Assembly (NCBI GenBank): GCA_052034235.1
Contig: JBPOIT010000002.1
Coordinates: forward strand, 5,939 to 69,938
Length of the DNA: 64,000 nt
From: Candidatus Levyibacteriota bacterium
GTDB lineage: Bacteria; Patescibacteriota; Microgenomatia; Levybacterales; UBA12049
Direction: 5' to 3'
Shown here: one piece after another, positions 1 through 11,820 of the stretch
Numbering within the stretch: the first letter of the stretch is position 1
Layout of the letters: each line of letters starts with the position of its first letter
Translations under genes and position numbers: made by a program
The notes under the pieces: model-generated
Databases searched by the model: none
Told to the model about the DNA's origin: nothing
Seen by the model: the letters and a program-made list of their open reading frames with translations, nothing else

Positions 1-103
1 TAAAAGGGGAAGGGTCGGATCATGGTTGTCTTCGTAGGCGCTTGCAGGTAATTGATGCGCTAGAGATAAACTATATGTAGTAACTGTTGCATTATTAGCC
101 TTA

Positions 104-430
104 TTATTTTGCTGCAGCCTTTTGCGCATTTTTTTCTTGTTCTGCTATTATGGCTTCTTCGGTGATCAATAAAGCTTCAATGCCTAAATATATACTGACG
201 ATATCTTGCTTTACTTTCATGACTGCACGGTCAAGCTTTAAATTCTTTACAATGAGATGATTGTTATACAATATTACTTCTTTCTCAATAATAGATATAA
301 AGTTGGCGTGCATGGGATAAATATCAAATTGTCCTACTTCGTTATGTGAAGTAATTCTATCGACATTACCCTCATAGATGAGGTCTTCGGTGCTTCTGAT
401 AGATACTTTAATAAGCTTTTGATCAGACAT
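104..430 (-). CDS. atpC: F1-type ATPase epsilon-like subunit (short C-terminal helix)
   Basis: IYEGNV...GQFDIYPMHANFIS matches the epsilon G.lGIlp.H.p.i motif; last gene after beta. Confidence 0.85.
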   Translation of the reverse strand: MSDQKLIKVSIRSTEDLIYEGNVDRITSHNEVGQFDIYPMHANFISIIEKEVILYNNHLIVKNLKLDRAVMKVKQDIVSIYLGIEALLITEEAIIAEQEKNAQKAAAK

Positions 431-447
431 AATAATAAAATGGTAGA

Positions 448-2839
<2,392 letters not shown>

Positions 2840-2877
2840 AGTACAAGGGTATCAAGCTACAAGAGATAGCACAAGTG

Positions 2878-4374
2878 TTATGCAGCTGGTGCAGCTGCTG
2901 GTTTTGGTTCCTGACCGAGTTTCAGGAGCGTATCTTTATGTTTCATGACATTTTCATTGAATGTCGTAATATCATGTGTATTTTTAATATCAAAAAGGAT
3001 TTTTTGCCCTCTGTAATGTGGGTAGATATAAGCCTTGATTAATCCATCTTTAATCCGTTCCAGCATATCTTTATCGGAAATAATGTTTTGCAAAATCATT
3101 GAGAGGATAATGAGTTGCACAGGTACGGGAACTGTTTCATGATAAGACTGGTTAAAAAACTTATAGACAAGCTCACCAAGTCGTAGGTTTCGTTTAACGT
3201 CTTCAGTTAATTCTTGTCCGAAATGAGCGAGGTTTTGCAGCTTGTCATAATTTGACAAAAAGGAAGTAAGATTTTTGTTGACTTCACGTGAAAGTTTATC
3301 AAGCGTTTGGCGTCCGACACGAGTAACAGAAAGTGGGATATTAACTGCAGGACGAAGTCCTGAATAGTAAATATTACTATCAAGATAAATGTGACCGTCA
3401 GTAATACCCATGACATTGGTTGAAACGTAACCTGTGAAATCTCCTTCGACGATTTCTATAACAGGTAAACAGGTAATTGATACTTCACCTACTGTTGGAT
3501 GTTTAAAATTGCCTCCTCGTTCTAATAGTTTTGAATGAACATAGAAAATGTCACCAGGGTAAGAATCACGTCCTGGGAAGCGGCGGGCGAGAAGTGAGAG
3601 TTCGCGATAAAACTTTGCGTGTGTTGAAAGATCGTCAAGAATAAGAAGTGTATGCTGTCCTTTATCTCGGAAATATTCAGCAATCGCCATCGCAGCATAT
3701 GGTGTTTGGAAAATAAGACTTGGTGAATCGTACGAACTGGTCGCAACAATAATAACTTTATCATTAATTTTTTCCTGGACAAAAAATTCTTGTAGTTTTT
3801 TAATGTCACTTTTTTTCTTTGCGATGGCTGCATAAATCGCAATAACACCCTCACTGACTTGTTTTTTGATTGCTGTCAAAAGAACTGATGTTTTTCCAGT
3901 TTTTCTATCACCGATAATAAGTTCGCGCTGGCCTCGCCCGAGGGGAATGAGTAGATCAATGAGTGAAATACCCGTGGCGAGTGGTGTTGTTATTTTTTGT
4001 CTTCCAGAAATACCTATTGGTTTTGCATCAAGATCCCGCATCTCTGTGGGAGGAGTATATTTAATAGATGGATCGAGCAGTTCTCCTAAAGGATTTATTG
4101 TATGCCCCATAAGTTCGGGTCCTACTGCGATGGAAAGTAATTCGTCAGTACGGGTTACTTTTGTTCCAACGCGTACCGGTTCATGTGAAAAAATTCTCGC
4201 TTCAATTTTACCTTTATTGATCGAAAACACTTCTGCCTTTTGTCCTGTCTCAAACATAATAACTTCCCGTGTTTTTACATTGGGAAGTCCTTCAATAAAG
4301 ACAATAGGATGACTTACCTGAAAAACAATGCCGTATTCACCAGTTTTTTTGAGATATTGGTTAAATGGATCCAT
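2878..4374 (-). CDS. atpA: F1-type ATPase alpha subunit (short N-terminus)
   Basis: PLGRGQRELIIGDRKTGKT, DDLSTHA, RRFPGRDSYPGDIFY, ITDGHI, SVTRVG arginine finger. Confidence 0.96.
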   Translation of the reverse strand: MDPFNQYLKKTGEYGIVFQVSHPIVFIEGLPNVKTREVIMFETGQKAEVFSINKGKIEARIFSHEPVRVGTKVTRTDELLSIAVGPELMGHTINPLGELLDPSIKYTPPTEMRDLDAKPIGISGRQKITTPLATGISLIDLLIPLGRGQRELIIGDRKTGKTSVLLTAIKKQVSEGVIAIYAAIAKKKSDIKKLQEFFVQEKINDKVIIVATSSYDSPSLIFQTPYAAMAIAEYFRDKGQHTLLILDDLSTHAKFYRELSLLARRFPGRDSYPGDIFYVHSKLLERGGNFKHPTVGEVSITCLPVIEIVEGDFTGYVSTNVMGITDGHIYLDSNIYYSGLRPAVNIPLSVTRVGRQTLDKLSREVNKNLTSFLSNYDKLQNLAHFGQELTEDVKRNLRLGELVYKFFNQSYHETVPVPVQLIILSMILQNIISDKDMLERIKDGLIKAYIYPHYRGQKILFDIKNTHDITTFNENVMKHKDTLLKLGQEPKPAAAPAA

Positions 4375-4398
4375 ATATATTGTAAAGATTAAAAAGTA

Positions 4399-4947
4399 TT
4401 ATGCTTTGGGATGTGTCGTCTCATCGTGCTTCACAGGTGGATGGGGAAGGTTCACGGTTACCGTGTTTGTTGGAGAGGATTTTTCGACATATTCATTAGT
4501 AATAGTAATAAATTTATCCTTTATCGTATAGTCTACATCTTTACCATTATAATTAAGTATTGCACCTGCGATAAGCCTTTTATCGACGTTTATATCAAAA
4601 AGTACCTGATTTTTGATATTCATAACGAACCACTCCGATAAGGTTTTAAGAATTTTATCAGTTGGCTCAAAAGCAATTTTCAATGTGAGAACGGGGAGGA
4701 GTGCAATTTCTTTTTGTACAGATCCAAGAAAATCTTTCAGTTTATTTGGTGACTCAGGCGAGACATCATTGTCGCGAAACATTGCGAGTAATAGTTCTTT
4801 CTTCTTGAGTCCAAATTCTTCCATCAGTGTTTTATCTAAATCGAAATCCGTCTCATAAATTTTTTCAGAGACACGAGCGATGCGGGAAGAAAAATCAGTT
4901 GACTGCGCTTTTGTTTGAAAAAACGCTGATAGGTCTAAGGTGTTCAT
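4399..4947 (-). CDS. atpH: ATPase delta/OSCP-like subunit (divergent)
   Basis: C-terminal VDKRLIAGAILNYNGKDVDYTI matches the delta vD..liGG......g...D.S motif; directly upstream of alpha. Confidence 0.7.
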   Translation of the reverse strand: MNTLDLSAFFQTKAQSTDFSSRIARVSEKIYETDFDLDKTLMEEFGLKKKELLLAMFRDNDVSPESPNKLKDFLGSVQKEIALLPVLTLKIAFEPTDKILKTLSEWFVMNIKNQVLFDINVDKRLIAGAILNYNGKDVDYTIKDKFITITNEYVEKSSPTNTVTVNLPHPPVKHDETTHPKA

Positions 4948-4950
4948 AAA

Positions 4951-5643
4951 TTAGGAATCAAAAAGTCCTTCTTTTTTTGCTTTTTCAAATGAATCAATCA
5001 CGAGTTTTTGTTGATCCTCAAGTGATATTGATTTATTCAAAACATCCTGTGATACTTTTTGAGCAATTGCCAGTACCATTTGCTCTGTCTGTTTCATTCG
5101 TTCGAGTTTATATTCATCAAGTTCCTTTTGAACACTAGCAAGTTGATTCTCATTAAATGCTTTCATTTGGTTTTGGAGGTCTTCAGCGAGTTTTCTGGTG
5201 ACACTTTCGAATTCTTTGAGTTGCGTCTGCAGTTCATTATCAAGTCCTTTTGAAACTTCACCGACGTCTTTTAAGGATGTGTTTGTCAATTCCTTGAGAG
5301 AAGCGGCATAAGAATTAAGAACAACACGTCCAGTTTCGACTGATTCTTTTTGAATATCATCAAGCATTTCTTTGAGTGCATGATCAACAACTTCTTTGGA
5401 GCCTGAGGATACATATTTTGCGTCAGTAATAATTTTGTCAGCCTCGCTGGTTGCATCATCGAGAATTTTACGTTCCTTGGAAAGAGCATCATCTACGATT
5501 CTATGATATTCGGTATCAACTTTGTGGCGTTTGACTTCGAGTTCTTTTTCTTTAGCGTGCAGTCTAAAAGCGTACACGAGTACAAAAATGATGATGGTAA
5601 TACTTGACGTTATCGTCAAGAAATTGTAAAGCATGGGCAGCAT
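4951..5643 (-). CDS. atpF: ATPase b-like peripheral stalk protein (one TM helix plus long coiled coil)
   Basis: N-terminal TM helix, ERKILDDATSEADKIITDAK, LAIAQKVSQDVLNKSISLEDQQKLV b-type C-terminus; operon position. Confidence 0.65.
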   Translation of the reverse strand: MLPMLYNFLTITSSITIIIFVLVYAFRLHAKEKELEVKRHKVDTEYHRIVDDALSKERKILDDATSEADKIITDAKYVSSGSKEVVDHALKEMLDDIQKESVETGRVVLNSYAASLKELTNTSLKDVGEVSKGLDNELQTQLKEFESVTRKLAEDLQNQMKAFNENQLASVQKELDEYKLERMKQTEQMVLAIAQKVSQDVLNKSISLEDQQKLVIDSFEKAKKEGLFDS

Positions 5644-5666
5644 ACTTATTTATTTTAGCAGAAGTT

Positions 5667-6470
5667 TTATAGTCTGAGTATGAGGAATGCCACCGTGATA
5701 CCGGCAAGGATAATGATGACCACGATTGAGATGTTTAAAATTATACCAAAATGGATAATTTTACTCGCAGCAGGGTTTCTTCCGAGAGCTTCAACACCTT
5801 TTGCTGCAGTTCTGCCAAAGGTCATAAAGCCTAAGACAAATGACGCAATGACGACAAGTGCCGCCACGATATATTTAAAAACCGGAGTAGGGGCTTCTTT
5901 CGTCGGGAGAAGCGCGAACTTTAAAATATCTGTAAGTGAGCCAAGAAGTGTTGGTTTGGCGTTAAAATAATGTAGATTTAGTTCTACAGCAATTTTCTCA
6001 GTTTGTTGAGGATTGGGATTGTTAAACTCTTCAAGTGCCATACCTAAAACATATCCATCCTTGGTTGCTTTAACAGCTACGCCTGGGATTGTTGATGTTG
6101 TCAGCAGATCGCCTTTTTTAATTCCACCTTCTTTGGCGGAGACGAGCACATATAGTTTTCCAACAGAAATAACAGGGACACCATTTACGACGTCATCGCT
6201 TGCAAAAAGAATACCAGCATTTTCTGAAACAACACCAATAACTTGTGGATCATAGGGAATATTTGAAAGCTTTGCTCCAGTATTTGCTGAAGAGATAACA
6301 CTTCCATCTTTGACGTTTTTTTCCTGAACCTCTATCATTCTCGCAACGCCAAGTGTGCCGTCAGCCTGTCCGGCAATGTTAGAAGATTGTGCATGCGCAA
6401 CAGGCATTAGCTGAAAAAGTACAAAGCCCACTACAAACACGCTGACTAGTTTTCGTAAAAGGGAGAGCAT
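5667..6470 (-). CDS. Signal peptide + extracytoplasmic beta-rich domain + C-terminal c-subunit-like TM hairpin
   Basis: Start chosen at MLSLLRK (ATG 6470), with signal cleavage at AHA-Q; C-terminal GRTAAKGVEALGRNPAASK loop between two TM helices; occupies the atpE position. Confidence 0.75.
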   Translation of the reverse strand: MLSLLRKLVSVFVVGFVLFQLMPVAHAQSSNIAGQADGTLGVARMIEVQEKNVKDGSVISSANTGAKLSNIPYDPQVIGVVSENAGILFASDDVVNGVPVISVGKLYVLVSAKEGGIKKGDLLTTSTIPGVAVKATKDGYVLGMALEEFNNPNPQQTEKIAVELNLHYFNAKPTLLGSLTDILKFALLPTKEAPTPVFKYIVAALVVIASFVLGFMTFGRTAAKGVEALGRNPAASKIIHFGIILNISIVVIIILAGITVAFLILRL

Positions 6471-6541
6471 ATACGTATCGTAACAAATACCTTGCAGTAT
6501 CCGCAAATACAGCTCTGTCTCTTTACGATGCTCTTTGTCAT

Positions 6542-7123
6542 ATGTTACAAGTAAGTAGTATGCCGCAAGACCCGAAAGCTCCAGTTCTTGAAGATGACAC
6601 AAAAGAACCTATGTCGCTTATGGTTGAACATCGTTTGCCATGGCTTATTATTGGTCTTCTTGGCGGACTTGGCCTCACTTTTGTTTCGGCAAGATATGAG
6701 AATTTACTTTCTCAGAACATATCACTCGCATTTTTTATCCCAGTTATTGTGTACATGGCTGATGCTGTTGGAACACAAACTGAAACTGTCTATATTCGCA
6801 ATCTCAATAAAAAGAGAACGCATTTTTCAGTCTATTTGATAAAAGAGGTAGGGCTTGGTATCTTTTTAGGGTTGCTATTTGGTGCGCTCACTGGTGTTTT
6901 TGCCTGGTTAGTTTTTCATTCAATAGCAACTGCGCTCAGTGTAGGACTGGCTATGATTGGAACTATGGCGATCGCTCCGGTTATCGCACTTGTTGTGCCG
7001 ACTATTTTAAAAATGGAGCATAAAGATCCAGCCATTGGTTCAGGACCGTTTGTAACAGTAATACAAGATTTCTTAAGTCTTGTTATCTATTTTTTCATTG
7101 CAACGGTAATAATCTTCAAGTAG
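6542..7123 (+). CDS. MgtE-family Mg2+ transporter, membrane domain only
   Basis: RLPWLIIGLLGG, IPVIVYMADAVGTQT, DPAIGSGPFVTVIQD; no CBS or N domains. Confidence 0.85.
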   Translation: MLQVSSMPQDPKAPVLEDDTKEPMSLMVEHRLPWLIIGLLGGLGLTFVSARYENLLSQNISLAFFIPVIVYMADAVGTQTETVYIRNLNKKRTHFSVYLIKEVGLGIFLGLLFGALTGVFAWLVFHSIATALSVGLAMIGTMAIAPVIALVVPTILKMEHKDPAIGSGPFVTVIQDFLSLVIYFFIATVIIFK

Positions 7124-7145
7124 ATAATGTAGAGGATAGGAGATA

Positions 7146-7274
7146 TCAACAGAACTCGCAGGATTTTGCTTTTTTCTTTGTTTTTTTTGCTTTGGTGACT
7201 TTTGTAGCCAAAGCTTTCGCAGCTTTTTTCTTACCTTTTGTTGTACCACTAGAAAAGAGTCCAAAGATAGCCAT
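7146..7274 (-). CDS. 42-aa Lys/Ala-rich small protein ending in CEFC
   Basis: Hand translation MAIFGLFSSGTTKGKKKAAKALATKVTKAKKTKKKAKSCEFC*; fills the intergenic gap and is below the ORF track cutoff. Confidence 0.6.
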   Translation of the reverse strand: MAIFGLFSSGTTKGKKKAAKALATKVTKAKKTKKKAKSCEFC

Positions 7275-7340
7275 ATATTTACTCTAAATGAAATTTGTCT
7301 CTATTGTCAAGTGCTTTACATTTCTTTTATAGTGAATATA

Positions 7341-10034
7341 ATGCCCGAATTGTCTTATTATTCTTTATCTCAAAGTGATCTTCTTACAAAGCTCCAAACA
7401 AGAGAAAGCGGGCTTTCTGATAGTGAAGCTGCAGAGCGGCTTACGAAAAATGGACCGAACACCTTAACTTCTAAAAAGAAAATTTCTGCTTGGTCATTAT
7501 ATTTTCAGCAATATAAAAATACACTGACACTCATCTTAATCATTGCTGCATTTTTAATTCTTTTCATCTATCAGTTTGGTGAGAAAGAACCTTCTGATCT
7601 TATTGAGGCTGGGCTTATTCTCACTATCGTTTTCATGATTACTATCCTGGGATTTGCTCAGGAATATAAAGCTGAAAAAGCAATTGAATCGTTAAAAAAA
7701 CTCCTTGCCTTTAAAGCCAAAGTAAAAAGAGGAGGAGTTGAAAAGGAAATTGATGTTGCTGCACTTGTTGTCGGTGATATCGTTATTTTAGAAGAAGGTG
7801 CAAAAGTGCCAGCAGATATTCGATTGATTAATGTGATGAGTCTGCGCATCAATGAAGCTTCACTGACTGGTGAATCAGTGCCAGTAAATAAGGAAGTGGC
7901 TGAAATTTCAGGAACGCAACAGCTCGGCGATCAAAAGAATATGGCATTTTCAGGAACGGCTGTTACTTCTGGGAGAGCAATAGGAGTTGTTGTAGAGACA
8001 GGAGATAAAACTGAAATTGGAAAAATAGCTCAAAGTGTCGCAGCAACGGTAGATGAAATAACTCCAATTCAGAAACGGCTTGATGAGATCGGTAAGATGA
8101 TTGGCTACATTATCCTCATCATCTGTGCAATCGTTTTTGTTTTTATTATGTTCTTTGCACAAGAATTTGCCCAGCAGCCGTTACTCCAGCGCCTTATCCA
8201 TTCGTTTATTGCAGCAGTAGCTTTAGCAGTGGCAGCAATCCCTGAAGGACTGCCTGCTGTTGTTACGATTTCACTTGCGTTAGGAACGCAGCGAATGCTT
8301 AAGAAGAATGCTTTGGTTCGCAAATTGAATTCTGTTGAAACATTGGGTTCAACAGATACTATTTGTTCAGACAAAACTGGAACACTGACAAAAGGAGAAA
8401 TGACTGTTACGACAATTTATTATGCAGATCAGCTCTATGAAGTTTCAGGTACTGGCTATGACACAGTCGGACAGTTTACTGATAATAAAAAAGTACTCAC
8501 CACATTTCCGTTCCAAGCGCTTCTTCAGGCAGGGCTATACTGCAATAATGCCAAACTGACAAACGGAAAAGTTTTAGGGGATCCGACAGAAGCAGCGCTT
8601 TTAGTTAGTGCAGCAAAAGCAGCACTTGCTCAACAAGACGGGGAGCGGGTTTTAGAAATTCCTTTCAGCAGTGAGCGAAAAATGATGTCAGTTGTCATAA
8701 AAACAGGCGATTCATATACACTGTACTCAAAAGGTGCGACTGAAGTTGTCCTTGACCAATGTTTCAGATTGGTAAGTGGTGATACGCAAAGGCCGATTGT
8801 TATTAAGGATAAAAAAGAAATTCTTGAAATAAATCATACCCTTTCGACAAAAGCACTTCGAAATTTAGGCTTTGCGTATAAAACACTTAGCAAAAGCGAA
8901 TTTGAAAAGAACAAAAATAATTACAAAGAATTAGAAAAAGGACTAACATTCCTCGGTATACAAGGTATGATTGATCCTCCTCGCATAGAGGTTAAACCTT
9001 TAATTGAACAATGTGTTTCATCAGGTATAAGAGTAATTATGATTACTGGTGATCATCCTGAAACCGCGAAAGCAATTGCTGGAGAAATTGGTATCAAGGG
9101 AAGTGCCCTGACAGGTACGGAGCTTGATAAAATGGATGAAAAAGCGTTCAGAAAAGCTGTTGAAGAAATTAGTGTCTATGCACGTGTCAATCCTGACACC
9201 AAACTTAAAATAGTTGCTGCATTGCAGGATAATGGTCATATTGTCGCCATGACAGGAGATGGTGTCAATGACGCGCCGGCACTGAAAAAAGCAGATATCG
9301 GCATTGCTATGGGAATAACAGGAACAGATGTCGCAAAGGAAGCTTCTGACATGGTTTTGCTTGATGATAAATTTTCAACCATCATAAGTGCAATTGAAGA
9401 GGGAAGAGGTATATTCCATAATATTAGAAAGTTTGTTGTGTACTTACTTTCATGTAATTTGGCAGAAGTTATTATTGTGTTTTTAGGCGTTGTGATCCTT
9501 CAGGATTTAGTTTTAACAGCAACGATGCTTTTATGGATAAATGTTGTCACCGATGGTATTCCAGCCGTTGCTCTCGGTCTCGATCCGGCTGAAAAGGGGA
9601 TTATGCGATACAATCCAAAGGTCTTCCAGACACAGATTATTAATAAGCGGTTATGGGTTGAAATGGTTGTATTTGGTATGTTCTTAAGCGTTTTTGTTCT
9701 TTGTGCTTACATAATGAATTTATCAGAGGGAATGCGAGCTGCTCAAAGTGCTGCCTTTATGAGTCTTGTTATCTTCGAACTGCTCAGCATCTTTTTAATC
9801 CGCTCACGATATCGTGTGTCTTTCTTTTCTAATAAATGGCTTTTGATTTCTGTTGCAGTAACACTCATGCTGCAACTTTTCATCACGTATGTTCCGTTTG
9901 TTGCAAATCTCTTCGCAGTAAACCCAGTACATATGAATGATTGGTTCTTTATTCTCGTTTCATGTATTTGGTTATATTTAGCATTTCAACTATTGCAGCA
10001 GGCTCTGAATAAGATCCCTGCGCTTAAGGACTAG
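7341..10034 (+). CDS. P-type cation-transporting ATPase (P2A, Ca2+-type)
   Basis: [56 protein letters not shown]. Confidence 0.95.
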   Translation: MPELSYYSLSQSDLLTKLQTRESGLSDSEAAERLTKNGPNTLTSKKKISAWSLYFQQYKNTLTLILIIAAFLILFIYQFGEKEPSDLIEAGLILTIVFMITILGFAQEYKAEKAIESLKKLLAFKAKVKRGGVEKEIDVAALVVGDIVILEEGAKVPADIRLINVMSLRINEASLTGESVPVNKEVAEISGTQQLGDQKNMAFSGTAVTSGRAIGVVVETGDKTEIGKIAQSVAATVDEITPIQKRLDEIGKMIGYIILIICAIVFVFIMFFAQEFAQQPLLQRLIHSFIAAVALAVAAIPEGLPAVVTISLALGTQRMLKKNALVRKLNSVETLGSTDTICSDKTGTLTKGEMTVTTIYYADQLYEVSGTGYDTVGQFTDNKKVLTTFPFQALLQAGLYCNNAKLTNGKVLGDPTEAALLVSAAKAALAQQDGERVLEIPFSSERKMMSVVIKTGDSYTLYSKGATEVVLDQCFRLVSGDTQRPIVIKDKKEILEINHTLSTKALRNLGFAYKTLSKSEFEKNKNNYKELEKGLTFLGIQGMIDPPRIEVKPLIEQCVSSGIRVIMITGDHPETAKAIAGEIGIKGSALTGTELDKMDEKAFRKAVEEISVYARVNPDTKLKIVAALQDNGHIVAMTGDGVNDAPALKKADIGIAMGITGTDVAKEASDMVLLDDKFSTIISAIEEGRGIFHNIRKFVVYLLSCNLAEVIIVFLGVVILQDLVLTATMLLWINVVTDGIPAVALGLDPAEKGIMRYNPKVFQTQIINKRLWVEMVVFGMFLSVFVLCAYIMNLSEGMRAAQSAAFMSLVIFELLSIFLIRSRYRVSFFSNKWLLISVAVTLMLQLFITYVPFVANLFAVNPVHMNDWFFILVSCIWLYLAFQLLQQALNKIPALKD

Positions 10035-10103
10035 GGTACAATATAGCTGACTTGCTAAATATAAATTTATACGCTAGTGTTTATATAGAACTGTTTTCTG
10101 TCC

Positions 10104-10826
10104 ATGGATCTCGAAGCACAAATTGCTCAAACATCATATAATTTCCTCATGGTTGCCAGTATCCTGCTCTCAATCCTGGTTACTATTTCTCTACATACCA
10201 AACATCCAACTGAGCATTTAAAGAAATTTCTCTATTGGTCTATTGTGGCTGTTGTTATTATTCCGACGTTATATATGAGTGTGTCTACCATTTATCTCAA
10301 TGTCATATCATCAAGTGGTGGTCCAGTACACTGGCATGCAGATGTAGAAGTATGGAATTGCGGTAAAGAAGTAGAGTTAAAAGATCCGCAGGGCGTATTA
10401 AGTAATAAAATCGGAACAGCAACCCTTCATGAGCATAATGATAAGCGCGTACACTTAGAGGGGGTTGTCGTGCATCCTGAGGATGCGAGTTTAGGTAAAT
10501 TCTTTAAAGTAATTGATGGTGATCTTACCGACAATTCAGTTGTTGTCCCAACCAATAGTGGTCCATTGCCGCTGACGAGTGGAAGTGTCTGTGCTGATGG
10601 GCAAGTCGCTCAAATGCAGGTTTTTGTTTATCAAACCGATAGTGATGATTATTATTCACAAACCAAAATTGTCGATCCTGCACGATATATCATTTCTCCA
10701 TATTCAGCGGTACCCAAAGGAGATTGTGTGATTGTTGAATTTGGACCTGTGAGAGATCGGACAGACAAAGTTTGCAAAAGTTACCAAGTTGCAGAAAAGA
10801 TTGGTAAACTGAAAGGAGAGCGTTAA
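10104..10826 (+). CDS. Membrane-anchored protein with His/Cys-rich putative metal-binding domain
   Basis: Two N-terminal TM helices; HWHAD...LHEHNDKRVHLEG; four Cys. Confidence 0.6.
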   Translation: MDLEAQIAQTSYNFLMVASILLSILVTISLHTKHPTEHLKKFLYWSIVAVVIIPTLYMSVSTIYLNVISSSGGPVHWHADVEVWNCGKEVELKDPQGVLSNKIGTATLHEHNDKRVHLEGVVVHPEDASLGKFFKVIDGDLTDNSVVVPTNSGPLPLTSGSVCADGQVAQMQVFVYQTDSDDYYSQTKIVDPARYIISPYSAVPKGDCVIVEFGPVRDRTDKVCKSYQVAEKIGKLKGER

Positions 10827-10830
10827 TTCT

Positions 10831-11535
10831 ATGGGCATAGATGTACCTACATTATCAATAGTTGTTATCTCAGCGTTAATTGATTCTATTAACCCATGTG
10901 CCATTGGTGTTTTGATTCTAATGGTTTCAGTTGTTCTTGGTGGAAAAGGTTCAATGCGACGACTGCTTATGTTGGGGGGATTATACATCGGCGCGATTTT
11001 CTTAACGTATCTTTTGGCAGGATTAGGGCTTATTTACTTCCTTGCAAACGTACCTATGTATGTTTCTGAATATCTCGCGCTTCTTGTCGGTGCATTTGTT
11101 ATCATTGCTGGCCTTTTGGAGATAAAAGATTTCTACTGGTATGGAAAAGGTTTCTCTCTACAAATTCCACCTGTTTTTGCTGAGAAGATACATAAATACT
11201 CAAAGAATGTTACCGTTCCAGGTGTTATGTTTTTAGGTGCATTTATCGCGGGGGTTGAATTACCATGTACTGGAGCTCCATATCTTGCCATCATTACACT
11301 TTTGTCGTTGAATTTTGATATTTACGCATTTGGCCTTCTTATTCTTTACAATGTTATTTTTGTTTTGCCGCTTATTATTATTTTGTTGCTAGTTGCGGGA
11401 GGTGTGAAAGTAAGTAAGATCAAAAAGTGGAAACAAGCAAACAAAGGGTATATGAGATTTGCAATTGGGTTTATGCTTATCGGTTTGGGCTGGCTCCTGA
11501 TCCTGATAGCAAACGGTACTATTAATTTTGGCTAA
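10831..11535 (+). CDS. CcdA/DsbD-type transmembrane electron transporter
   Basis: DSINPCA and ELPCTGAPY Cys pair in about 6 TM helices. Confidence 0.8.
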   Translation: MGIDVPTLSIVVISALIDSINPCAIGVLILMVSVVLGGKGSMRRLLMLGGLYIGAIFLTYLLAGLGLIYFLANVPMYVSEYLALLVGAFVIIAGLLEIKDFYWYGKGFSLQIPPVFAEKIHKYSKNVTVPGVMFLGAFIAGVELPCTGAPYLAIITLLSLNFDIYAFGLLILYNVIFVLPLIIILLLVAGGVKVSKIKKWKQANKGYMRFAIGFMLIGLGWLLILIANGTINFG

Positions 11536-11541
11536 TCATAT

Positions 11542-11814
11542 ATGATGAAACATATTGTTAAACGTAAAGGACATACTGAAGATTTTGATGAGCGCAAACT
11601 TTATGGGAGTGTTTTTTCGTCTCTTATGACGCTTCGAATGGCTGATGAAGAAGCGGAGGCAATCAGTCATATGGTGACAGATGATGTAAAAAAAGCAATT
11701 GCTGATAAAAAAGAGGTAACATCACAAACTATTCATACAGAAACTGCGAAAAGTCTTAAAAAATACCACCCAGACGCTTCTTATATGTACGACACGCATC
11801 GTGACTTGTCATAA
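11542..11814 (+). CDS. Stand-alone ATP-cone domain protein
   Basis: IVKRKGHTEDFDERKL...VTSQTI ATP-cone signature; 90 aa. Confidence 0.75.
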   Translation: MMKHIVKRKGHTEDFDERKLYGSVFSSLMTLRMADEEAEAISHMVTDDVKKAIADKKEVTSQTIHTETAKSLKKYHPDASYMYDTHRDLS

Positions 11815-11820
11815 AGCCTT

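Noticed and set aside
6471-6602. Longer 311-aa start for the c-like gene
   Set aside because: The extension overlaps mgtE and buries the signal peptide; ATG 6470 follows a -10-like TACGAT.
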